The notes under the pieces: generated by a model
Databases searched by the model: none
What the model was told of the DNA's origin: nothing
The model's input: only the letters and a program-made list of their open reading frames with translations
Translations under genes and position numbers: made by a program
Part shown: positions 1-15,853 of the stretch, piece after piece
Layout of the letters: every line of letters begins with the position of its first letter
Numbering within the stretch: position 1 is the stretch's first letter
Source: the human T2T-CHM13v2.0 reference genome, Homo sapiens
Length of the DNA stretch: 64,000 nt
Strand: one strand, 5' to 3'
NCBI RefSeq assembly: GCF_009914755.1
Contig: NC_060928.1

Positions 1-818
1 AATAGTAGGACCTAAGTGATTTTATATAAGCATATGAAGTATATATTGCATAAATAGACATTAGTACACATTAGTTTCTAGTTCAATATTAATTTCCTAT
101 ATATTTTCTAAGTGACATGCAATCTCAATAATTTTTTTTATTGTTTTTCCCCTTACTTCCTTTTAGAATTATGCTGCTTGATTTTGGAAAGAATTGTGTT
201 CTTATGCTTTGTTTAACTTTTGCTAAATTCTTTCCTAAAGAAATAATGGCCATTATATTACATGTCAAAAGACACGATAATCTTGCCATATTCCTAAAAT
301 GTTGCTAATTTTGCCAATTGGGCTGTAAAAATTCCATCTTCAAATGACATTGGAATTGATACAAGTAATGAGAAAATTTTGAAGAAAATTAGTTAATTTA
401 AAACACTCTTTTATTAGTGCTTTCTGTGAGCATTTTTCAGAAAAATGAAAAACTTAAGTATCACTTCATCCAATTAATTTTTGCCATGTCAGTGAAAGAA
501 TACTCTTTTGAGATTATGAATTTGAAGATGTATGAAATTCAAAATTGTAAGTCCTTTTTGGTAGATTTTCCATTTGCAAATAATTTAAAATTTGTTTCCT
601 AGGTGACAATTCTTCAAAAAGGAGTTCAGGTTGAAACCTTATTATAGAAACCATGACAGAGACACGGATTTATTACTGCAGGAGAAAAATAGGCTACCCA
701 ATTTACAAACAGGCTGTAGTTTTCTTCTGAGATTTAGGGATGCACTTGGGCTTTAATATGTTGTTTCAATTGAAATATCTTCTCTATTTCAAGCAGATAG
801 GTAGGTGACTTTGATAAA

Positions 819-1859
819 CAAGCATACCTTGAAGATATTTCAGGCTTGGTTTTAGACCAACACAAAACAAGGGAATATCACAGTAAAAAGGAAGTCACAC
901 AATTTTTTGTCAGTTTCCCAGTGCATATACAGGTTAGTTTATATACTGCAGTCTTATTAATTGTGCAATAGCATCATGTCTAAAAATGCACATAGCTTAG
1001 TTAAAAATACTGTGTTGCTATAAATCTCTAATGACCATATGAGCCTTCAGTAAGTAGCAATCTTTTTGCTGATGGACAATCTTGCCTCAGTGTTGATGGC
1101 TGCTGACTGATCATGGTGGTGGTTGCTGAAGGTTGATGTGGCTGTAGCAATTTCTTAAAGTAAAATAACAGTGAAGCTTGCCACATCAATGGACACTTTT
1201 GCAAAATATTTCTCTGTAGCACACAATGCTATTTGACAGCATTTGACCCAGAGTAGAACTTCTTTCTAAACGGGAGTCAGCCCTCTCAAACCCTGTTGCT
1301 GCTTTATCAGCTAAGTTTGTGTAATATTCTAAATTCTTTGTTGTCATTTCAACAATGTTCACAGCATCTTCACAAAGAGTAGATTCCATTTTAAGAAACC
1401 ACTTTCTTTGCTCATCCGTAAGAAACAACTTCTCATCCCTTAAAGTTTCATCATGAGATTGCAGCAGTTCAGTCACATCCTCAGGGCCCTCTTATTCTAA
1501 TTCTTTTGCCATTTCTACCACATCTTCAGTTATTTTCTCCACTGAAGTATTGAATATCTCAAAGTTATCTATGAGTGTTGGACTCCCCTTCTTCCAAACT
1601 CCTGGTAACTATGATAATTTGACCTCCTCCCATAAATTACAAATGTTCCTAATTTCATATAGAATGGTGAAACCTTTGCAGAAGATTTTTCAACCTACTT
1701 TGCCCAGATCCATGAGAGAAATCACTATCTCTATAAGCTATAGCCTTATGCAATGTAGTTACTAAATAACAAGGCTTGAAAGTTGAAAAATACTCCTTGA
1801 TCTGTGGACTGCAGAATAGACGTTGTGTTAGCAGACACAAAAACAAAATGAATATCCTG
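819..1859 (-). mobile_element. Tigger1 DNA transposon, 3' part (transposase C-terminal remnant)
   Basis: Begins with TIR caagcataccttgaagatatt. ORF 1186-1476 (-) TELLQSHD...[28 protein letters not shown] resembles the Tigger1 transposase C-terminus. Confidence 0.9.
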
Positions 1860-2439
1860 AGCAGTTTAGGCCAAAATGTTGGATTATAAGCACGTCATGT
1901 GCACTGCCCTCGTGGAGAGGAAACAAAAGGGTTAGTGAACACTGACGCTGTGGGTCGACCATCTGAGAAACCACATTAGGATCCACAAGGCAGCAAGGGA
2001 CCATGGAGAGCAGAGAAGAGTGAAACTGGACACTAGCCTGTCTGAGCTCAGCACAGAGCCAGGAAAATCTCTCCAACATGGGAAAGGGTGAATGAGTGAG
2101 ACCCCTGGGGGGATTCATGATCTTCACAGTGACCTGAGCAAGACTGGGAATGGGAGACTTCTGCCCCCACCCTACATCTCCCCACCATCCTTCTAGCCTG
2201 AGGCAGAGAGCTACCCAGCACTTTGCAGGAGCAACTCTCCAGTCGAAGGGGACCTCTACAATCTTTGGGCCCCAGAGCAGACCAATACCAATATGGCAGC
2301 GCATCATCACCTTAGCCCCAGTAGAAGTCATAGTTATGGTGTCTGGGAGCAGTAAGATTGCTCCACTCCCCCTTGCTGGACAGAGCTTGGCACCAGCTTT
2401 CAGCCCAGGAGTTCTGCTTTGGCCCGAACTCGACCAGCC

Positions 2440-3410
2440 AGTCCACTCACTCCCACCACTGGTAACTGGGTGGGCAATGCTTGCTTGAGCTTCCGGCCCA
2501 GCGGTCCCACTTTTTTGTGAGCTCATATGGAGGGCACAGCCTCCAGATATCCTGGGAAACACCTAGATGGCAGGGCCTGTAGACTCACCCGCCCCTTCCA
2601 CTGATTTCCCAGAGGACAATGCTTGCTAGAGCTTCTGGCCCAGGGGTCCTGCTTCTATGTGAACTCAGCTGGAGGGCACAGCTTCCTGTTGTCCTGGGAA
2701 ACACCTGTACAGGAAAGCATGTGACCTCACCCACCCCTGCCACGGGTAGCCAGGCAGGCAACCTTGCTTGAGCTTCTTGCCCAGCAGCCCTGCTTCTGTG
2801 TGAACTCAGCCAGAGGGCGCAGCCTCCTATTGTCCTGGAAAACACCCAGATGGTGGGGCCTGTGACCTCACCCACCCCTGCCACTGATAACTTTGTGGGC
2901 AATGTCTACTAGAGCTTCCTGCCCAGTGGCTCCACTTCTGTGTGAGCTCAGCCAGAGGGTACAGCCTCCTGATGTCCCTGGAGGCACCCAGACAGCAGGG
3001 CAGGCAACCCCACCCACCCCCACCAATGTAGCTGATAGGCAATGCTTGCAAGAGCTTATAGCCCAGGTGGTCCAGCTTCTGTGGAAACTCAGCTGGAGGG
3101 CACAGTCACTTGTTGTCTTGGGAAACAACAGGACAACAGATCAGGTGACCCCACTCATCTCCACCACTGCTAGCCAACTGAACAATGGCCTGTTAAGGTT
3201 TCTGGTCCAGTGGTCCACTTCTATGTAAACTCATCTAGAGGAGGCAGCTTCTTGTTTTCCCAGGAAACACCCGGATGGCAGAGCAAGTGATCCCACCACC
3301 CCCCTCACTAGTAGCCAACTGAGCCATGCCTGCTAGAGCTTCGAGCCCAGGGGGCCTACTTCTGCCCCAAGGTGACAGGGTGGGTAACTCCACTCACCCC
3401 TAGCCTCTTG
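2440..3410 (+). repeat. About 7 diverged tandem copies of a ~141-bp unit in the L1 5'UTR
   Basis: Anchor gagctt recurs at 2487, 2629, 2770, 2912, 3052, ~3195 (degenerate) and 3336, usually followed by ctcagc..gaggg.acagc..cct...tcctgggaaaca. Confidence 0.85.
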
Positions 3411-5836
3411 TAGCCCAAATATACATGCATCCAACACAGGAGCACCCAAATTTATAAAGCAAGTTGTTAGAAACTTTCAAAGAGACTTGGACTCTCACAC
3501 AATAATAGTGGGAGACTTCAACACCCCACTGACAGTACTAGACAGATCATTGAGGCAGAAAATTAATAAAGGTATTCAGGACCTGAACGCTATACTTGAT
3601 CAAATGGAGCTAATAGACATCTACAGAATGCTCCACCCTAAAACAATGGAATGTACATTCTTCTCATCACCACATGGTACATACTCCAAAATCAACCACA
3701 CATAAAACAATCCTTGGCAATTTCAAAAAAACTGACATCAACTAACCACACTCTGGGAACACAGTACAATAAAAATAGAAATGAATACTAGAAAGTCATT
3801 CAAAATCATACAATTATACAAAAATTAAACAGCCTGCTCCTGAATGACTTTTGGGTAAATAATGAAATTAGGGCAGAAATCAAGAAATCTTCGAAAATGA
3901 TGAGAATAAAGATACAACATACCAAAATCTCTGGGACACACCTAACGCAGTGTTAGGAGGGAAGCTTATAGCACTAAACACCCACATCAAAATGTTAGAT
4001 CTCAAATGAACAACCTAACATCACAACTAGAAAAACTAGAGTAGCCAGAGCAGATCGACTTCAATCTATTGAAAGACAAGAAATAACCAATATCAGAACT
4101 GAACTGAAGGAAATTGAGATACAAAAACCATACAAAAGATCAACAAATCCAGGAGTTGGTTCTTTGAAAAAATTCATAAGGGAGATAGACTACTGGCTAG
4201 ACTGATAAGGTAAAAAACAGAGAAGATCCAAATAAACACAATTAGAAATGATAAAGGAGATGTTACCACTGACTTCATAGAACTACAAAAAACCGCCAGA
4301 GACTACTATGAAAAGCTCTATCCAAACTACAAAACCTATAAAAAATAGGTAAATTTTTGGACACATACAACCTCCCAAGATTGAACCAGGAAAAAATTGA
4401 ATCCCTGAACAGACCAATAACAAGTTCCAAAATTGAATCAGTAATAAAAAGCCTACCACCAATAACAAAAAAAGCCCAGGATTAGACACATTCGCAGTTG
4501 AATTCTACCAGATATAAGAAGAAGAGATTGTATCATTCCTACTGAAATTATTCCAAAAGTTTGAGAAGGAGGGACTTGTCCCTCCTAAGCTCATTCTAAG
4601 GTGCCAGCATCATCCTGATATAAAAATCTGGCAGACACACAAAAACAACAACAACAACAAAAACTTAAGGTAAATATCCTTGATGAACATAGCTACAAAA
4701 ATCCTCCACAAAATACTAGTAAACCAAATCCAGCAGCACGTCAAAAAGCTAATCTACCACACTCTAGTAGGCATTATCCCTGGGATGCAAGGTTGAGGCA
4801 CAACATACACAAATCAATAAGTGTGATTCATCACATAAACATAACTAAAGCCAAAAAACACACGAGCATCTCGACAGATGCAGAAAAAGCTTTTGATAAA
4901 ATTTAACATTCCTTCATGTTAAAAACTAGGGAATGAACATACATCAAAATAATAAAAGCCACCAATGACAAACCCACACCTAATATCATACTGAACAGGC
5001 AAAATCTGCAAGAATTCCCCTTGAAACCAGGCACAAAACAAGGATGTCCTCTCTCACCACTCCTATTCAATATAGTATTAGAAGTCCTGGCCAGAGCAAT
5101 CAGTCAAGAGAAAGAAATAAAAGGCATCCAAATAGGAAGAGAGGAAGTCAAGCTATCCCTGTTTGCAGACAGTAAGATCCTATATCTAGAAAACCCCATA
5201 GTCTCTGCCCAAACGCTCTGTGATCTAAGAAGCAACTTCAGCAGTTTCTGGATACAAAATCAGTGTATGCGAATTAGTAGAATTCCTATTCACAAACAAC
5301 ATCCAAGCTGAGGGACAAATCAGGAATGCAATCCCATTCACAACTGCCACAGAAAGAATAAGATACCTAGGAGTACAGCTAATCAGGAAGGCATTAATTC
5401 TCTACAATGAGAATTACAAAACACTGCTCAAAGAAATTAGAGATAATCACACAAATGGAAAAACATTCCATGATCATGGATAGGAAGAATAAATGTTGTT
5501 AACATGGCCATACTGCCCAAAGCAATTTACACATAAAATGCTATTCCTATCAAACTACCAATTATGTTTTTCACAGAACTAGAGAAACTATTTTCAAATT
5601 CAAATGGAACCAAATACAGCTTGAATAGCCAAGGCAATCCTGAGAAAAAAGAACAAAGCTGGAGGCAACCCATTACACAACTTCAAACCCTACTACAAAG
5701 CTACAGTAACGCAAACAGCATGATACTAGTACCAAAACAAACATATGCACCAATGGAACATAATAGAGTCCAGAAATAATGTTGCACACCTACAACCACC
5801 TGATCTTTGACAAAGCTGACAAAAACAAGCAAGGGG

Positions 5837-6134
5837 GGCTGGGCATGGTGGCTTACACATGTAATCCCAGCACTTTGGGAGGCAGAGGCAGGTGGATCAC
5901 AAGATCAGGAGATCGAGACCATCCTGGCTAACAAGAAGAAACCCCATCTCTACTAAAAATATAAAAAATTAGCCGGGTGTGGTGATGCACGCCTGTGGTC
6001 CCAGCTACTCGGGAGGCTGAGGCAAGAGAATCGCTTGAACCTGGGAGGTGGAGGTTGCAGATATCGCACCAGTGCACTCCAGCCTGGGCGACAGAGTGAG
6101 AGTCTGTCTCAGAATACAAACAAACAAACAAACA
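5837..6134 (+). mobile_element. Alu (AluSc-like) inserted in L1 ORF2
   Basis: Dimeric Alu with a (CAAA)n tail. TSD aaaaacaagcaa at 5821-5832 and 6135-6146. Confidence 0.92.
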
Positions 6135-7009
6135 AAAAACAAGCAATGGAGAAATAAATAATTCCCTATTTAATAAGTCAATAAGTGGTGCTGGGATAAG
6201 TGGCTACCCATATGGAAGATTAATCCTGAACCCCTTCCTTACAAAAATCAATTCAAGATAGATTAAAGACTTAAATGTAAAATGTATAAATATAAAAACC
6301 TTGAAAGATAACCTAGGAAATATCATTCTGGACACAAGACTTGGTAAAGATTTCATGACAAAGACTCCAAAAGCAACTGAAACAACAACAACAACAACAA
6401 AATTGACAAATGGGATCTAATTAAGCTTAAGAGCTGTTTCACAGCAAAACAAACTATCAACAGAATAAACAGACAACCTATAGAATGGGGGAAATATTTG
6501 CAAATTGCAAATATTGCAATCTGACAAAGGTTCAATAACCAGAATTTATAAAGACACAAATTTACAAGCAAAACACAAACAACCCCATTAAATAGTGGGC
6601 AAAGGACTTGAACAGACTCTTTCCAAAAGAAGACATACATGTGGCCAACAAGCACATGAAAAAATGCTCAACATCATAGTCATTAGAGAAATGCAAATCA
6701 AAACCACCATGAGATGCTATCTCACACCAGTCAGAAAGGCTATACTAAAAAGTCAAAAAGTAACAGATGGTGTCAACCTTACAAAGAAAAGGGAACACTT
6801 ATACACTGCTTGTGAGAATGTGAATTAGTTTAACCATTGTGGAAAGCAGTATGGCAATTCCTCGAAGAACTCGAAACAGAAATATCATTCTACCTAGCAA
6901 TCCCATTATTGAGTATATACCCAGAGGAATATAAATTATTCCACCATAAAGATACATGCACGCATATGTTCCTTGCAGCACTATTCACAATAGCAAAGAC
7001 AAAAGCTAG

Positions 7010-7321
7010 AGGCCTAGCTTTTGGCTTACCTCAAATTTGACACGTCCTTCTAGCTTTTGATTTGAAGTGAGAGACATGCAACTCTTTCTCACTTTCTCTG
7101 CCATCGTAGGATTATTAATTGGCCTAATTTTAATATTGTTGTGTCTCAGGAAATAGGGAAGCCTGAGAACAAAGAGATAGATTGGGAAATGGCTGGTTCA
7201 TGGAGCAGTCAGAAAACACACAGCATGCATCAATTAAGTTTGCTGCAGGCATCTTTCATGGTGTCCCCCCAAAATTGCAATAGGAAAATCAAAGATCACT
7301 GATTACACATCTCTATGACAG

Positions 7322-7358
<37 letters not shown>

Positions 7359-7536
7359 GTTTGAAGTGTGAGAATTATCAGAATGTGACATGCAGACACA
7401 AAGTGAGAATATGCTGTTAGAAAAATGGTACCAACAGACTTGGTAGAAGCAGCTTTGCCACAGACCTTCAGTTTGTAAAAAACAGAGTATCTGTGAGGTG
7501 TAATGAAACAAAGTGCCATAAAATGAGGTATGTCTG
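7010..7536 (-). mobile_element. Tigger1 5' part, containing an (AAT)n microsatellite at ~7325-7357
   Basis: ctagcttttgatttgaagtgagagacatg through the TIR aaaatgaggtatgtctg, followed by TA at 7537-7538. Confidence 0.88.
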
Positions 7537-7742
7537 TATTTAGAACTATGAGATCTGTCTCTACAACCAAATACATTTGTAAAAAATATTTAAATTATTT
7601 GTGCAAAACAATAGAGATACCAAGAGGATGAATAATAATCACTTGCAAGGAGAGTATACTCTGTAATAGGACATACCAAAAAAGTCATACACAGTATAAC
7701 ATGGGCTACATGCTTATGATGCCATATTAGGGAAATGGTAAG

Positions 7743-8262
7743 TGTATTAGTCAGGGTTCTCTAAAAGGACAGAACTAATAGGATAGATGAACACATGAAG
7801 AGTTTATTAGGAGAATTGACTCACACGATGACAAGAATTGGCTGTCTGTAAGCTGAGGAGCCAGGAAGCCAGTCTGAGTCCCAAAACCTCAAAAGTAGGG
7901 AAGCCGACAGTACAGCCTTCAGTCTGTGGCTGAAGGCCAGAGAGCTCCTGGCAAATCACAAGAGTCTTAAAGCTGAAGAAATTGGAGTCTAATGTTTGAG
8001 GGCAGGAAGCATCCAGCATGGGAGAAAGATGGAGGCCAGAAGATTCAGCCAGTCTAGTCTTTCCACATTCCTCTGGCTACATTTATCCTAGCTGCACTGG
8101 CAGCTGATTAGGTAGTGCCCACCCAGACTGAGAATGGGTCTGCCTCTTCCAGTCCACTGACTCAAAATGTTAATCTTCAGCAACACCTTAACAGATTTAC
8201 TTAGGAACAATACTTTGCATCCTTCAATCCAATCAAGTTGACACTCAATATTAACCATCACG
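7743..8262 (-). mobile_element. MLT2A (HERV-L) solo LTR
   Basis: tgtattagtcagggttctct...gacagaactaatagga through ttgacactcaatattaaccatcac. Flanking 5-mers gtaag/gtaaa fit a TSD with one mismatch. Confidence 0.9.
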
Positions 8263-9036
8263 GTAAATAAGTTCTATAAAAGAGAGATTGCTGTGGAATT
8301 GTTCCATCAAAAAGGCTGTGAGAAAATTTCTCATCATCTGGACTTTGAAGTGCAAGAGTCAATACCATTCAGCAGACATTCATGTCATTGGCAAGACAAA
8401 TTGGAAATGAAATGAAGTTAAGACTCATGGAGTTCTTCCTGTAGTTCAGGCGCTGCTCATTGTTCTTAAAATGAGTAGTTTTACTTAAGACAAAGAAGTA
8501 ATCAGTATCTTTGATTTGAAAGTGAAGAAATTTGATGTTCAGAAAAGTTGAAGAAAGATTGCCCAGAGACAAACAGCAAGTAAAGAATTCAAGATGGGAG
8601 CCAGGGCCAGGTTTGTCTTTTTCCAAAGCCTGGTTTTTGGGGCACCATGTCTGTTCTTGAAGATGCGAACAGAATGGTCTGAGTAATTAAGAAAAGATGT
8701 GATATATGTGGTAGGGAGTTTGAAGCTGAATTTTGGCTGAAGCAGAATATTCTTGATGAAGAGGATTGAGATGTAAAGAGAGAGGAACTGGTGGCAGACT
8801 TTGCGAAGCTTGAATTTTATTTTTTAGGCAACTGATTAGTAATCATTGATTATTATGCCAATGTTTGGCTGAATTTAAATGTTCTTCCAGTACCTGGGCT
8901 ACAATACAACATAGACTACATGCCTATTATGCTGCATTAGATGGATGGTAAATAAATTCTGTAAGGGAGAGGTCAATGTGGAATTGTTATGTCAAAAAGA
9001 CAGAAAATTTCTCATCTTGACTTTGAATTAAACACT

Positions 9037-9086
9037 TTTTTATTGTGTTAAAAAACAAAATGAGATCTACCTTTCAACAAGGTTTA
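9037..9086 (-). mobile_element. L1MA9/10-type 3' end fragment, continued at 15238-15302 and split by the full-length L1
   Basis: tttattgtg..aaaaa...tgagatctacc..tcaacaa on the left joins ttttaagtgtaaaat...caatgttgtatagcatatctct on the right. Confidence 0.7.
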
Positions 9087-9298
9087 ATTTTTTTATTATA
9101 CTCTAAGTTCTAGGGTACATGTGCACAACATGCAGGTTTGTTACCTAGGTATACAAGTTCCATGTTGGTTTGTTGCACCCATCAACTCGTCATTTACATT
9201 AGGTATTTCTTCTAATGCTATCCGTCCCCCAGCCCCCCACCCCCTGACAGGCCCCAGTGTGTAATGTTCCCCACCCTGTGTCCATGTGTTCTTGTTGT

Positions 9299-13116
<3,818 letters not shown>

Positions 13117-13178
13117 TATAATGTTAGCTGTTTATTTTGCCTGTTAATAATCCAGTTTCTTCATAGCATCGATGGTCT

Positions 13179-14210
13179 TTACCATTTGGCATGTTTTTGC
13201 AGTGGCTGGTACCGGTTGTTCATTTCCATGTTTAGTGCTTCCTTCAAGAGCTCTTGTAAGGCAGTGTTGTCACCTGGTGGTGACAAAATCTCTCAGCATT
13301 TGCTTGTCTATAAAGGATTTTATTTCTCCTTCAATTATTAAGCTGAGTTTGGCCGGATATGAGATTCTGGGTTGAAAATTCTTTTCTTTAAGAATGTTGA
13401 ATATTGACCCCCACTCTCTTCTGGCTTGTAGGGTTTCTGCCAAGAGATCCACTGTTAGTCTGATGGGCTTCCCTTTGTGGGTAACCCGACCTTTATCTCT
13501 GGCTGCCCTTAACATTTTTTCCTTCATTTCAACCCTGGTGAATCTCACAATTATGTGTCTTGGGGTTGCTTTTCTCGAGGAATATCTTTGTGGTGTTCTC
13601 TGTATTTCCTGAATTTGAATGTTGGCCTGCCTTGCTAGGTTGGGGAAGTTCTCCTGGATAATATTGTGAAGAGTGTTTTCTAACTTAGTTCCATTCTCCC
13701 TATCACTCTCCAGACACCAATCAAACGTATATTTCATCTTTTCACATAGTCCCACATTTCTTGGAGGCTTTGTTCATTTCTTTTCACTCTTTTTTCTCTA
13801 ATCTTGTCTTCTCACTTTATTTCATTAATTTGATCTTCAATCACAGATATCCTTTCTTCCACTTGATCAAATTGGCTATTGAAGCTTGTGCATGTACCAC
13901 AAAGTTCTTGTGCCATGGTTTTCAGCTCTATCAGGTCATTTAAGGTCTTCTCTACACTGTTTATTCTAGTTAGCCATTCATCTAACCTTTTTTCAAGGTT
14001 TTTAGCTTCCTTGTGATGGGTGAGAACATGGTCCTTTAGCTCAGTGAAGTTTGTTATTACCGACTTTCTTGTGCCTACTTCTGTCAACCCATCAAACTCA
14101 TTCTCCATCTGGTTTTTTTCCCTTGCTCGCGAGGAGCTGTGATTCTTTGGAGGAGAAGAAGCACTCTGTTTTTTGGAATTTTCAGCTTTTCTGCTCTGGT
14201 GTCTCCCCAT
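13179..14210 (-). pseudogene. L1 ORF1p remnant (frameshifted)
   Basis: MGRHQSRKAENSK... (13812-14210) and ...QENFPNLARQANIQIQEIQRTP...RISYPAKLS (13270-13755). Confidence 0.92.
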
Positions 14211-15512
14211 CTTTGTGGTTTTATCTACCTTTGTTCTTTGATGTTGGTGACCTACAGATGGGGTTTTGGTGTGGATGTCCCTTTTGTTGATGTTGATGCT
14301 ATTCTTTTCTGTTTGTTAGTTTTCCTTCTAACAGTCAGACACCTCAGCTGCAGGTCTGTTGGAGTTTGTTGGAGGTCCACTCCAGACCCTGTTTGCCTGG
14401 GTATCACCAGCCGAGGCTGCAGAACAGCAAATATTGCTGCCTGATCCTTCCTCTGCAAGCTTTGTCCCAGAGAGGCACCTGCCTGTTTGAGGTGTTTGTC
14501 AGCCTCTACTGGGAGGTGTTCCCCAGTCAGGCTACATGGGGGTCAGGGACCCACTTGAGGAGGCAGTCTGTCTGTTCTCGGAGCTCAAACGCCACGCTGA
14601 GAGAGCCACTGCTCTCTTCAGAGCTGTCAGACAGGGACGTTTAATTCTGCAGAAGCTGTCTGCTGCCTTTTGTTCTACTATGACCTGCCCCCAGATGTGG
14701 AATCTATAGAAACAATAGGCCTTGCTAAGCTGCAGTGGGTTCCACCCAGTTTGTGCTTCCAAGCCTCTTTGTTTACACTGTGAGTTACTCAAGCCTCTGC
14801 AATGGCAGATGCCCCTCCATCCATCAGGCTGCAGAGTTGCAAGTCAATCTCAGACTGCTGCACTAGCAGTGAGCAAGGCTCTATGGGCATGTGTCCCACC
14901 AAGCCAGGCACCAGAAGGTATCTCCTGGTCTAGCAGTTGCTAAGACTGTGGGAAAAGTGCAGTATTTGGTCAGAAGTGTACCGTTTCTCCAAGTAGTCTG
15001 TCATGGCTTCCTTTGGCTAGGGAAGGGAAATCCCCTGACTCCTTGCACTTCACGGGTGAAGTGACACCCTGCCCTGCTTCAGCTCACCCTCCATGGGCTG
15101 TACACACTGTCCAACCACTCTCAATGAGATGAATCAGGTACCTCAGTTGTAAATGCAGAAATCATCTGTCTTCTGCATCAATCTCGCTGGGAGCTGCAGA
15201 CCGGAGCTATTCCCATTTGGCCATCTTGGAAGCGACCTAACAAAGTTTTAAGTGTAAAATGGAGCACTGTTAATTAAGCACAATGTTGTATAGCATATCT
15301 CTTTGCTTTCTTTTTATTTGTGATTTTGAAAATATCCATATGTTCAAAATGTTTCATAAAGTAATGGTGTTTTCAATATTAATTTAATTTACCTTTTTCA
15401 GGTGATGTGTTCCTATAAGGCATTTCAATTTTATTAATGGCTGTTAGTCAAAGTAGATGCTTTTTTAAGAAAAAAAAAATCTGTCTTTAAAACAGTTAAT
15501 TTTTTTTTCATT

Positions 15513-15843
15513 TGCAGTTGCAAGATTTAATAGAGTGAAAACAGAGCTCCCATACAAGGGGAGGGGACCCAAAGGGGGTTGCCGCTCCCTGCTCAAATGC
15601 CTGGGTTTATATTTTGATCATTGTCACTCCCACTGTGCTCTCAGGTGATATACGATTTGACTATTTCTTTACTTCCTACTTTTAGCCTGATTTGTATTTT
15701 AGTGAGCCTTCTTTACTACCTGATTGGTCAGGTTTGAGCTGAGTTACAAGCCAAGCCTATGTTTAAAGGTAGGTGCCGTCACCCTCTCCAGCTAGGCTTA
15801 GAAATTATTAGTTGGCCTAGGAAATCCAGCTAGTCATCTCTCA
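15513..15843 (-). promoter_or_regulatory. LTR17 U3-R (~330 bp) with TATA-like box, poly(A) signal and preceding polypurine tract
   Basis: On - it starts TGAGAGA...CTAGCTGGATTTCCTAGG. CCAATCAG ~15720-15727, ATATAAAC 15605-15612, ATTAAA 15526-15531, PPT TTGAGAGGGGACAC 15844-15857. Confidence 0.85.
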
Positions 15844-15853
15844 GTGTCCCCTC

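Larger units (their letters stand above)
1866..7000 (+). mobile_element. Old primate LINE-1 (L1PA13-16 type): 5'UTR plus decayed ORF2, lacking ORF1 and 3'UTR
   Basis: 5' end ggccaaaatg...gagaggaaacaaaaggg. ORF2 remnants IIVGDFNTPL (3487-3705), [20 protein letters not shown]...LFAD (5021-5311), [11 protein letters not shown] (6595-6828). Confidence 0.88.

Noticed and set aside
1828-2562. 244-aa ORF on - and neighbouring 70-110-aa ORFs
   Set aside because: They lie in the GC-rich tandem 5'UTR of an old L1, and their internal similarity just reflects the 141-bp repeat.
2440-3410. CRISPR-like repeat-spacer array
   Set aside because: Whole units are homologous with no unique spacers, the context is a eukaryotic LINE, and there are no cas genes.
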